Notes under the pieces: model-generated | Told to the model about the DNA's origin: nothing | Databases searched by the model: none | The model's input: the letters and a program-made list of their open reading frames with translations, nothing else | Program-made: the position numbers and the translations under genes | In this document: positions 1 to 7,762 of the stretch, piece by piece | How the letters are laid out: each line of letters opens with the position of its first letter | Position numbering within the stretch: the stretch's first letter is position 1 | Source of the DNA: a virus | Lineage: Duplodnaviria > Caudoviricetes | IMG/VR virus record: IMGVR_UViG_3300029823_000010 | Location: 1 to 28,506 of that record | Length of the DNA stretch: 28,506 nt | Strand: one strand, 5' to 3'

Positions 1-177
1 GTTTGTACCGCGAATTTGAGAGAAATTCGCCATATATTAAAATTACGGTGCAATAAGCGCGCCCACCCTCAAATTCGGGAACTTATGATACCTCTTTTAC
101 AAGAATTGCATTCAAAGGTACCGGTGATTTTTGACGACTTGTTTGACACTTATTGCAGAGGCAATCATAATGAATAG
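1..177 (+). CDS. thyX: FAD-dependent thymidylate synthase, C-terminal part (5' end outside window)
   Basis: Frame 1 reads VCTANLREIRHILKLRCNKRAHPQIRELMIPLLQELHSKVPVIFDD...*, matching the ThyX C-terminal pattern T-N-R..RH...LR....AH.QIRE; not in the ORF track because it lacks a start. Confidence 0.85.
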   Translation, partial: VCTANLREIRHILKLRCNKRAHPQIRELMIPLLQELHSKVPVIFDDLFDTYCRGNHNE

Positions 178-856
178 TTTTGAAGATTTATCTGGAAAAA
201 AGTTTGGAAAGCTAACCGCAATAAGACGTACGGGCGATTACATATCTCCATCCGGGCATCATGCAACAAGATGGCTTTGCCAATGTGATTGCGGGAATAC
301 GGTGTATATAGCAGCGCATCAACTAAAGAGCGGAAAAACCAAGAGTTGCGGTTGCTATCAGAAGGAAAGGGCAAGTGAAAGCAACAGAACCCACGGGCTA
401 TCCAAAGAACGCCTTTATTTTACATGGAAAGATATGCGCTCCAGATGCCAAAATCCACGGTCAAAAGAATATGAAAATTATGGCGGACGCGGGATTTTGC
501 TATGCAAAGAGTGGGAAGACTATCTAAAATTTAGGGAATGGGCACTTTCACACGGCTATCAAAGTAATTTAACGATTGACCGTATTGATAACGGAAAGGG
601 CTATTCCCCTGAAAATTGTAGATGGGCTACAAAGGCGCAGCAGAACCAAAACACAAGGAGAAATCATCATGTAGTCTATCATGGGAAGGATTATGTTGTA
701 GCTGAATTGGCGAAGAAAGCAGGTATCAACAAAAGCGTTTTTCTGCGTCGGATAGCACAGGAGCATTTTACAGTCGAAGAAGCAGTTGAGCTTCCAGCAA
801 TAAAAGGCAAAAACAAAAAGCAGCTTAGCAATATTGCAGAAAGGATGAGGAAATAA
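170..856 (+). CDS. HNH homing endonuclease (phage type with N-terminal CxCxCG/SCGC motifs)
   Basis: Motifs KFGKLT, WLCQCDCGN, SCGC, YGGRGI, LTIDRIDNGKGYSPENCRWAT..Q..N; ATG at 170 overlaps the thyX stop. Confidence 0.88.
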   Translation: MNSFEDLSGKKFGKLTAIRRTGDYISPSGHHATRWLCQCDCGNTVYIAAHQLKSGKTKSCGCYQKERASESNRTHGLSKERLYFTWKDMRSRCQNPRSKEYENYGGRGILLCKEWEDYLKFREWALSHGYQSNLTIDRIDNGKGYSPENCRWATKAQQNQNTRRNHHVVYHGKDYVVAELAKKAGINKSVFLRRIAQEHFTVEEAVELPAIKGKNKKQLSNIAERMRK

Positions 857-857
857 A

Positions 858-1025
858 ATGGAACTGACTGAGTTAATTAAGTATCTAAAAGGTTGTATGC
901 AACTAAATTGCCGCGATTGCCCCTTTATCACAAAAGCGGGTTGCCAAAACTATTTAATGGGTGAAGCAGTCAAGGCACTTGAGAGTGTTGCGCAGACACC
1001 GGAAAAAGACAATTCCCATGAATAA
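858..1025 (+). CDS. Small Cys-rich hypothetical phage protein (55 aa)
   Basis: MELTELIKYLKGCMQLNCRDCPFITKAGCQNYLM...; GAGG SD upstream; starts right after the HNH stop. Confidence 0.6.
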   Translation: MELTELIKYLKGCMQLNCRDCPFITKAGCQNYLMGEAVKALESVAQTPEKDNSHE

Positions 1026-1236
1026 ACTTACAACACGGATTCAAAAACAGAGCTAAATTATACAGATAGTAATAAATGGCCTCTCACTTTCAAAAAAGCA
1101 TAATTGCTTCTATAATCGCTTGTGCTGAGTTTTTATGCTAAAGACATAAAACATACCATAGAGCACAAGATATCTCAATGCAGGCCGTTGTACAGCCAAA
1201 TGGAGATATTGTAGCTCGATACTCAATAGGCAATGT

Positions 1237-1286
1237 TTGTACGGCTTTGCTATATACTTGCAATTATATTCAATCTGTGGTATAAT
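1237..1286 (+). promoter_or_regulatory. Conserved sigmaA-type promoter, copy 1
   Basis: TTGTAC-N15-TTGCAA-17 bp-TATAAT; near-identical copies at 10020-10069 and 24768-24817. Confidence 0.85.
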
Positions 1287-1294
1287 TAGAAACG

Positions 1295-2240
1295 TTAGAT
1301 AAAGCCATTGGCGGCAGGGAAAGACCTGCAAATATGCCAAAGTCAGGAACAACGCAGATTCACACCGGTCTGTGTAGCGGTTCGACTCCGTAAATTGGCA
1401 ACACGAGAGTATAGCGACGTCGCACCGCAGACGCTAACTGCGGTATATGCCAGTTAAGAGCGTGTTAGCTTGAAACTGGCACAAACAACTGCCGCGAAGC
1501 TAACGGCGGAATCACGATTATGCAAGAGGCACTTTCAGTCTACCAGCTACAAATCGTGTTGACGGATACCAATACGGTATTAGCGGCATGGGATATCCAG
1601 TAAGTCCGCTTTATATGCCAGCATAGGCCGCATGAGGCTGACGCTGACACAATGAGACTGCCCGCACCTCTCAACGATGTGTCCCAGTGGCAGACATAAG
1701 GCAGCTCGGAAAGACGAGCACATATGCGCCACACTTCCGCGTAACCTGTGGAACGCGGCTAAAGAGCAGCGAGTGCACAAAGAGCTGCCTTTAGAGTAAC
1801 GCGGTGGGGTTCAAGTCCCCAGCGGTGCAAATGACACGGTTTCAAAGCCGGTAGATAATCCTACAGGCAGGAGAATTCCAGAGCAAGCGCCTATCCGCCA
1901 TGTGCGGAAAAGGTTATAGGCAACGTGAAAGCGTTGCTTGCAGTGTGAAGGGTGACACGCTGTCCCTTCCAACGGGGAAGCAAATCTACATTGGAGTTGG
2001 CCTTATTGGGGCAGTGAGTACCAATATCATCTAAAAGGTTATCGGTGGTGTAATTTTCATTAAAGGCACTGCGAAAAAGGCAACGGGCAATATGGGAACC
2101 GTGCTACCGCCCCGTTGACGAACGAGGATATTGCCCCTATCGTAGCTGAGCCGTGCAAAGGTGGAAGTCCTTTGCCTGATAGCCTTTATTTTGAATGAAA
2201 CCCGCAACGCCTCTGAATATGCGCACCATGCGGGTATTTT
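1295..2240 (+). ncRNA. Candidate structured non-coding RNA block / array of hairpins and degenerate tRNA-like elements
   Basis: No + strand ORF in the track; dense stems; T-arm-like GCGG-TTCGACT-CCGT, TGGGG-TTCAAGT-CCCCA and GCAAAGG-TGGAAGT-CCTTTGC; lies between a promoter and a tRNA plus terminator. Confidence 0.55.
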
Positions 2241-2244
2241 ATAT

Positions 2245-2318
2245 TGCGGAGTAGCCAAGCGGTAAGGCAACGGACTTTGATTCCGTTATCGGCAGCTCGA
2301 ATCTGTCCTGCGCAACCA
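2245..2318 (+). tRNA. tRNA-Gln(TTG), slightly degenerate
   Basis: Cloverleaf: D arm GCCAAGCGGTAAGGC, anticodon arm ACGGA-CTTTGAT-TCCGT, T arm GGCAG-CTCGAAT-CTGTC, encoded CCA; one G-G mismatch in the acceptor stem. Confidence 0.85.
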
Positions 2319-2327
2319 TTGAAAATT

Positions 2328-2384
2328 AGAGCACCAAGAGTGCCGATATTTCCTATTTGTTTAGGAGTATTGGCGCTCTTTTTT
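2328..2384 (+). terminator. Intrinsic terminator carrying tandem heptamer site 1
   Basis: AGAGCACC-aa-GAGTGCC; stem AGAGTGCCGATATT(T)CCTA/TAGGAGTATTGGCGCTCT followed by a T run. Confidence 0.85.
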
Positions 2385-3069
2385 ATTTTGATAAGTCTGC
2401 CGGTGTAACACACCGCTATTTCCACAAAAAATAATTGAATAGCGCAAAATAAAAAGCACCCATGAGCTTTAGACTCATAAGTGCTGCGCCGAAAGCAGAA
2501 GCAGTGCTCTCGTACTAATTAATATTTTACCACAAAAAGCGGCGAAATGTCAAGTACGATTTACATTAGCTGATTGCTTCACAAACGGCAGTTGGCTTTT
2601 TATTTTGTCCGTGGCACAAATGCAAACCGGAACCACGCAAAACAAATCAGGCAGGCGGCTCTCACCGACGCAATAACGAGAGGGCAGGGAATAAAGCGCA
2701 TAACACACGCGCTCCCCGTACATAGCGCATAGGTTGTGAGCGAAACGAGCGCAATACAAATACGGAACTCGATTTGGTGCTGGAGGTCTGCGAAGAAGAA
2801 CGCATTGTAGACGGGGTTGCAGATACGTCGTGCAATCGGAAACGGTTGTAATCATGCGCTGGGCTTGTGATAGTCCAGACTATGTGTGTTGCTTTGATGG
2901 TGATGGCTGGCTCCGTATGGGTAGTTATCATAAATCTAAAGTGTAGTTAAATCTCATTGAGATATATTATATATTTAAAAGAAATATAGTGTATGCTCCA
3001 ATGAGAAACTATGCTTTTCCAGCTCCAGCTTCACCGTTGGGTAACATAGTCAGAAAGGGAATGCAAACC

Positions 3070-3252
3070 ATGAAATGTCCTTACATACAGAATCAAGTTA
3101 CCGTTGAGGAAATCGCGCAAGAATTTGACGACAACCAATGTTGTACGGCAGTCACGACAACGAATGTCAAGAACGTTGAGTTGCCCGACTGCTTGCAAGC
3201 AGACTGTGTTGCATGGCGAAATGGCCATTGCAACTTCAAGGGCAACGCTTAA
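3070..3252 (+). CDS. Small Cys-rich hypothetical protein
   Basis: MKCPY...DCLQADCVAWRNGHC; AAGGGA SD before ATG 3070. Confidence 0.7.
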   Translation: MKCPYIQNQVTVEEIAQEFDDNQCCTAVTTTNVKNVELPDCLQADCVAWRNGHCNFKGNA

Positions 3253-3345
3253 ATGCCATTTCCAACGTTTCTGGAGGCCATAGAGAAGATTTTACAGCTT
3301 TCGAGGGTAATTTCACGTCCGGCATATAAAAGGGGCTGAAATGCT

Positions 3346-3567
3346 TTGAAAAACGATAATTTAAAGGGGCGCATAGGGAGGCAAAAACTTATGAAGAGCA
3401 GATATTCGGCTTATCCATATCGCATCCGTAAATCCGACGCAGAAAAGATGCCCGCTATTTCACCTGAAAAGCTGAAGCAAATGAAAAAAGACGTTGAAAA
3501 ATATCTGTCACATAAGGAAAGTGAAAGAGGTTGGATTTCACGAGTGGGAAACAATATAAGAAAGTAA
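3346..3567 (+). CDS. Small basic hypothetical protein
   Basis: ORF abuts terS; AAGGGG SD; start codon uncertain. Confidence 0.45.
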   Translation: MKNDNLKGRIGRQKLMKSRYSAYPYRIRKSDAEKMPAISPEKLKQMKKDVEKYLSHKESERGWISRVGNNIRK

Positions 3568-4362
3568 GTGAGTAGTATGAAAGAAAAAGATAGTATAGAT
3601 ATTACTGCGGAAGATGAACCGCCGAAGGCCGTCCGGCGCATAGGAACAATGGACACTACCGCATACATGGCGGAAGCTCCGAAACGTACCAATCTGACAC
3701 CCAACATTGTCGGCACAGATGAACAGGTCATGCAGATTGCTAAAGGCATGGGCCGCAAAACATTCAATAACCCGATGGAATTGGCAGAGTCTTTACAGGG
3801 ATTTGAAGATTTCTGCGTGAAAAAGAATATAGCCCCTTCTTTTGTAGGACTTGCGATATTCCTTAACATCAGCAAGTCTACCCTCTTAAAATATCTTAAA
3901 GATGAAACAGAATTTACAATAGAGATAGTTGTAAATACTATTACCGGAGAATACGTCTATTCTAATATAGATAAGAGTGCTTTTAATAAGTACATTGAGT
4001 CTGTATATGAAAAAGATAAGAATGGTAATAACTATTCTATTAAAGAGTATATAGAGAAAGGTATTTACAAGATAGAATATAAGTCTTTGACATTCGCTGA
4101 TGTGCTCGCTCCAATGAGGTCACTCATCGAACTTTCTGTGACTAATAAGGGCTTTGAAATGAGGAATCCAGCGATGGCAATTTTCACAATGAAAAACCGT
4201 TTTGGTGAAACGAATCAGTACACTGACGAGCAGCAGATAGCCATTAAGCCGCGCAATCCGTTTGATGAAATGAGTGATGAGCAAATTTTGAACCTCGCCA
4301 AGAACCTTCCAGACGACGAGGAGGGCATTTCTGGAAAAGAAAAGCCGGCGCATAATGAATAA
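3568..4362 (+). CDS. terS: Terminase small subunit (DNA-packaging protein)
   Basis: GRKTFNNPMELAE...F.DFC....APSFVGLAIFLNISKSTL..Y (HTH) and C-terminal AIFTMKNRFG...D.QQI, typical of small terminases. Confidence 0.75.
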   Translation: MSSMKEKDSIDITAEDEPPKAVRRIGTMDTTAYMAEAPKRTNLTPNIVGTDEQVMQIAKGMGRKTFNNPMELAESLQGFEDFCVKKNIAPSFVGLAIFLNISKSTLLKYLKDETEFTIEIVVNTITGEYVYSNIDKSAFNKYIESVYEKDKNGNNYSIKEYIEKGIYKIEYKSLTFADVLAPMRSLIELSVTNKGFEMRNPAMAIFTMKNRFGETNQYTDEQQIAIKPRNPFDEMSDEQILNLAKNLPDDEEGISGKEKPAHNE

Positions 4363-4572
4363 ATATGCAGAATTATTGCATAAAAATTCATAAATAAGGC
4401 AGGCGGGTACGCATAAGAGCGGCCTTCCTGCCTTTATCATTCCCAAAAAAGGAGGTGGGTACGGCGCATAAGAGGATTCCTTTTCCACGTTTTGCCACAA
4501 AAAGGCGGCGCATAGGGAGGTCCGGCGCATAAGACATTGCCAAAAAAGATTTTTAAAATTGGGCAGCGCATA
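4347..4572 (+). repeat. Cluster of (G)GCGCATA direct repeats
   Basis: GGCGCATA at 4347, 4463, 4507, 4524; GCGCATA at 4566; ACGCATA at 4409. Confidence 0.7.
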
Positions 4573-4789
4573 TTATCGCAGCTGGTGCCGTCCAGCCGGG
4601 AATATCGCGGAAATCGATGCCGTATCTGCCCAAGCGGAGGAACTGGCGGCGTGCAGGTAATTATCCCGCTTGCGCTGTAATGCGGCCACAGCCGGGCGAA
4701 ACAGAGAGAGTATAGGTATGCCATGTCCGGCCATACGGCGCTTATAGGCCGCTGTAGAAGGCAAGTGTTAAACGATTAACAATATAGGG

Positions 4790-4824
4790 TAAAAGGAAAG
4801 GCAGAAGCAATTAAGCCCCTGCCT
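4790..4824 (-). terminator. Intrinsic terminator closing the minus-strand island
   Basis: Minus strand AGGCAGGGGC-TTAATT-GCTTCTGCCT then TTCCTTTT. Confidence 0.65.
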
Positions 4825-4837
4825 ATTGTGCTGCGCC

Positions 4838-4912
4838 TTAGTCGTCGTTGTCCTCGTCGTCCATGTCGTCGCCGAAAATGACAAGCATATCGTCCATGCC
4901 ATCATCGCCCAT
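4838..4912 (-). CDS. 24-aa highly acidic peptide
   Basis: MGDDGMDDMLVIFGDDMDDEDNDD*; AGGAGG 9 nt before ATG; overlaps the recombinase stop; precedes the terminator. Confidence 0.55.
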   Translation of the reverse strand: MGDDGMDDMLVIFGDDMDDEDNDD

Positions 4913-5477
4913 CGTCTGCCGCCTCCTCTCCATGCACGAAGCTGTAGAAGGTGTTACGCTTGAGACCGGTTTCTTCCATTGCCTGCGCTCCGGTTATTTC
5001 CCTGCGCTTCCAGCGGGCATAAACGTCCTGCCAGTTTTCGGGCTTAGCTATGCGCTTGCGGCCCTTGTAAACGCCTTTTTGCTTCGCTTTCTCAATTCCC
5101 TCGGCCTGCCGCTCGTGAAGGTTGTCAAGCTCAAACTGATTCAAAACGCCCACCATTCCAAGCATCATTCGCCCTGCCGCTGTGTTCGTGTCGATGTTTT
5201 CTTTCAGCGACACGAGGCCGACACCCTTTCCTTTGAGCACGTCAACGACGTGCAGCAAGTCAAGCAAGGACCGAGAAAGCCGGGAAAAATCCTCGACATA
5301 AATTGTATCGCCCTCCCGGATATACTCCAGCATTGCCCGGAATTGTGGGCGGTCTGTGTTTTTGCCGCTGATTTTCTCGCGGAACCACTTGTCAATCTTG
5401 TACGGAGTGAGCGCGGCGACTTGCCTGTCCTCGTGCTGCTCAATTGTCGACACTCTCACATATGCTACTCTTGCCAT
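4902..5477 (-). CDS. Small serine recombinase (resolvase/invertase family)
   Basis: AYVRVST.EQ...RQ catalytic motif, SGKN.DRP, GDT..V..FSRLSRS, C-terminal HTH (GLKRNTFY); GAGGTG SD. Confidence 0.95.
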   Translation of the reverse strand: MARVAYVRVSTIEQHEDRQVAALTPYKIDKWFREKISGKNTDRPQFRAMLEYIREGDTIYVEDFSRLSRSLLDLLHVVDVLKGKGVGLVSLKENIDTNTAAGRMMLGMVGVLNQFELDNLHERQAEGIEKAKQKGVYKGRKRIAKPENWQDVYARWKRREITGAQAMEETGLKRNTFYSFVHGEEAADDGR

Positions 5478-5488
5478 ATAATCACCTC

Positions 5489-5530
5489 TTTAAAAATTGT
5501 GGAGGCGGGCCAGACGTGACCCGCTGGGCG
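5489..5530 (-). repeat. Intergenic hairpin repeat, copy 1
   Basis: CGCCCAGCGGGTCACGTCTGGCCCGCCTCCACAATTTTTAAA, near-identical to 6349-6390. Confidence 0.85.
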
Positions 5531-5531
5531 G

Positions 5532-5879
5532 CTAACCGACTATTTCGAAATGTATTCCCTCAGTTACAAGCGCCGTTCCATGACCACCTGGCAGGCAACC
5601 TTCCAGCACTGTCCGCTTGCCTATCCATTCTTCCGGGACGTTCCAGTCACCTTTTTTCCAACGGCCTTTGTAATCACTCGGAATTGCGCTCCACTGTTCC
5701 TTTGTGATTCTTGCTACCCCGCTGAATGTTGCCTGCATTACTGCCGCCTTGTCTACCGTAACGCCACGTTCCGCCCAACTGTCGGCCCACTCGTTAATAT
5801 GGGCAGCGGCTTTTTCTTTTCCAAACAGGCGCAACCTTTTCTGTGCGCAACGTACAGCCGCTTCTTCATATGCTTTCAT
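5532..5879 (-). CDS. Hypothetical protein
   Basis: Likely start MKAYEEAA at 5879 with AGAGGT SD; C-terminal ITKEQWSAIPSDYKG...EGIHFEIV. Confidence 0.75.
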   Translation of the reverse strand: MKAYEEAAVRCAQKRLRLFGKEKAAAHINEWADSWAERGVTVDKAAVMQATFSGVARITKEQWSAIPSDYKGRWKKGDWNVPEEWIGKRTVLEGCLPGGHGTALVTEGIHFEIVG

Positions 5880-6080
5880 AACAATGTACCTCTTTCGTTT
5901 CGTCGTCGGCTGTGGTACAATTACCATGCAGCCGGGTTTGTAGTTACTCTCGGTCTGTATTTTTGCCGCTGCACTTGTCAATGTACCATTTATCAATCTG
6001 ATGCGGTTTAAGGGCGGCAACCTGCCGCCCCTCGTTCTGCTCCTGAGTACTAACCCTTACGTAACCAACGCTTGCCACAA

Positions 6081-6338
6081 TTATGCCCCCTTCAAGAAAT
6101 CAGCAATTGGTATAGACGTTTCCGGCCCTGCCTTATATCCGTCTGGCGTTGTGGGATAAACTGCGACACATACCGAGCGTTTCAGCTCGTTGGCGTAAAT
6201 TGGCGCAGCCCAACCGGTGTACAGGTCGTGCAACTTTTCAATGACGGTCGAGGCCCGCTTATATGGCCAGCGCTCAAAGTCTACCATGCGCCCGCACTCG
6301 TCGCGGAGCTCGCTTTCATAGTACTGCTTCATCATCAA
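6081..6338 (-). CDS. Hypothetical protein
   Basis: ORF track; AGGGGG SD directly after repeat copy 2. Confidence 0.75.
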   Translation of the reverse strand: MMMKQYYESELRDECGRMVDFERWPYKRASTVIEKLHDLYTGWAAPIYANELKRSVCVAVYPTTPDGYKAGPETSIPIADFLKGA

Positions 6339-6348
6339 TCATCCCCCT

Positions 6349-6390
6349 TTTAAAAATTTTTGGAGGCGGGCCATCGTGACCCGCTGGGCG
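6349..6390 (-). repeat. Intergenic hairpin repeat, copy 2
   Basis: CGCCCAGCGGGTCACGATGGCCCGCCTCCAAAAATTTTTAAA. Confidence 0.85.
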
Positions 6391-6398
6391 ACTTCTTT

Positions 6399-6551
6399 TT
6401 ACTCCATCCCGTCTGGAATCTCAAAATCGACTTCCCATTCGTCCCCATAATTATCGTGGACTTTTTGACCGGACACCAATCTGTCGACTGTCACCGCCAT
6501 CATGTGGTGTGTGCCGTTTCTGTCATCGCGCCTAAGCCAGTACTTCCGCAT
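6399..6551 (-). CDS. Small hypothetical protein (50 aa)
   Basis: MRKYWLRRDDRNGTHHMMAVTVDRLVSGQKVHDNYGDEWEVDFEIPDGME*; GGGGTG SD; below the ORF-track cutoff. Confidence 0.65.
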   Translation of the reverse strand: MRKYWLRRDDRNGTHHMMAVTVDRLVSGQKVHDNYGDEWEVDFEIPDGME

Positions 6552-6803
6552 CGTTTCACCCCCGTTTGTTTGGTCTCAGGCTTGTGAGGCCGTTTGTTTG
6601 TTTTCGCTGATTCCTACCCTATTCGGATTGATTGTTGCTTGTCTCCGGGCGTCCTATTAGAGGGTGCCCCAAACGGACACTCAGCGCCGCCGTCGTCGGC
6701 CGCGGAAGTCGCCGCGCAGCCAGCGAAGAATGTGTATCTGCCCTGCTAACAGCAGAGCAACTATTGCCTCTGCCGCCCTTATCACCTCCCTTTGTGGCGC
6801 TTG

Positions 6804-6965
6804 TCAATAGTCGCTTGACACAACCACCCTATCTACATCTTCATCGACATAGACAGATGTTATATCGGCGTCCCCGTCATCGTATGGGGCGCGGAATATT
6901 ACCTCCATGTCGCCATACAATTCTTTGCGTTTTTGTAATTCCTTAATAACGTCGCTGATGGTCAT
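6804..6965 (-). CDS. Small acidic hypothetical protein
   Basis: MTISDVIKELQKRKELYGDMEV...; GGAGGTG SD before ATG 6965. Confidence 0.75.
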   Translation of the reverse strand: MTISDVIKELQKRKELYGDMEVIFRAPYDDGDADITSVYVDEDVDRVVVSSDY

Positions 6966-7036
6966 TCTATCACCTCCATGGCTGGACTTGTAACCAGCCT
7001 GTAGCATTACGCGCCGTTTCCGGCGTGGTACTCTGC

Positions 7037-7258
7037 TTATGCCCTAACTGCCCTGTATCCCCACACGTTACAGCCGTTGCGGTCGTCCCACATCATCTTA
7101 GCCGCCGCGCGTGCGTCCTTAAGATTGCGGGCGATTGTGCCGCAGTCCTCACTGTGCCCGTCTGCCGTCTCCGCTGTGATGGGTTGCCCTACGCCATTGT
7201 AATAGATTGTCATTTTCCCTGTGCTCGTGCTGATTGTAGCGATAGCCTTTTTCATCAT
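7037..7258 (-). CDS. Small hypothetical protein
   Basis: MMKKAIATISTSTGKMTIYY...; GGAGGT SD. Confidence 0.7.
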   Translation of the reverse strand: MMKKAIATISTSTGKMTIYYNGVGQPITAETADGHSEDCGTIARNLKDARAAAKMMWDDRNGCNVWGYRAVRA

Positions 7259-7338
7259 TGTACCTCCATCGCCTGCCTGCCTTGCGGTCAGGGCTTGCGG
7301 TTGTTGTCTGCAAACATTTGTTTGCTTCAACATCTACT

Positions 7339-7400
7339 ATCTTAGTCCTTTCATTTCTGATTGTCAATAGCTTTTTTGGATTTTTATACATTTATTTTTT
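7339..7400 (-). promoter_or_regulatory. sigmaA promoter driving the minus-strand island
   Basis: TTGACA (7367-7362), 17 bp, TAAGAT (7344-7339), with an A-tract UP element upstream. Confidence 0.75.
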
Positions 7401-7645
7401 TGCCGGCGCTTCCCCAACTCAGGGCAGGATATATGCGGCAGGTAGGGGGGGTGTACCCCTATTATCTGGGCGTGCGCGGGCGTAGTAGCCCCCGTCAGCA
7501 CCCGAAAAAACCAAACGGGCTTTACTTAGTTAAAGCGCTTTATACTTTGAGCATAGCAATACATAATGGCGCATAGCAATTGCATATTTAATCAAATATA
7601 CATAGAATATTGCATATAGTTGCATAGTAGGCCTCGAAATAGCTA

Positions 7646-7674
7646 TTGACAATACACTTTGAAAGTGGTACAAT
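7646..7674 (+). promoter_or_regulatory. sigmaA promoter upstream of the XRE gene
   Basis: TTGACA-17 bp-TACAAT with TG extended -10. Confidence 0.7.
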
Positions 7675-7762
7675 ATAATTATGTTTTTTTAGTTAAATGT
7701 GCGTATAACAAAGCAATTGCAATTTTCTCTCTGGTGCGTCATAATACTTTCAGGTGATTATT

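Noticed and set aside
1110-2931. Minus-strand ORFs across the ncRNA/tRNA region
   Set aside because: No SD or protein motifs; some overlap the tRNA and structured RNA on the + strand
4902-5477. Serine recombinase as prophage integrase or tail-fibre invertase
   Set aside because: Only 191 aa (no large-serine recombinase or Zn domains) and not near fibre genes; no flanking inverted repeats found by eye
6619-6807. 62-aa minus-strand ORF in the island
   Set aside because: Low-complexity translation, no SD before its start; an internal GGAGGTG is not followed by a usable ORF; left uncalled
6399-7258. Shared DDRNG pentapeptide in two small island ORFs
   Set aside because: Different codons and no flanking similarity; probably chance
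4848-7576. Plus-strand ORFs over the island (e.g. 4848-5519, 5550-6011, 6632-6946)
   Set aside because: Antisense shadows of minus-strand genes that have SDs and recognisable motifs
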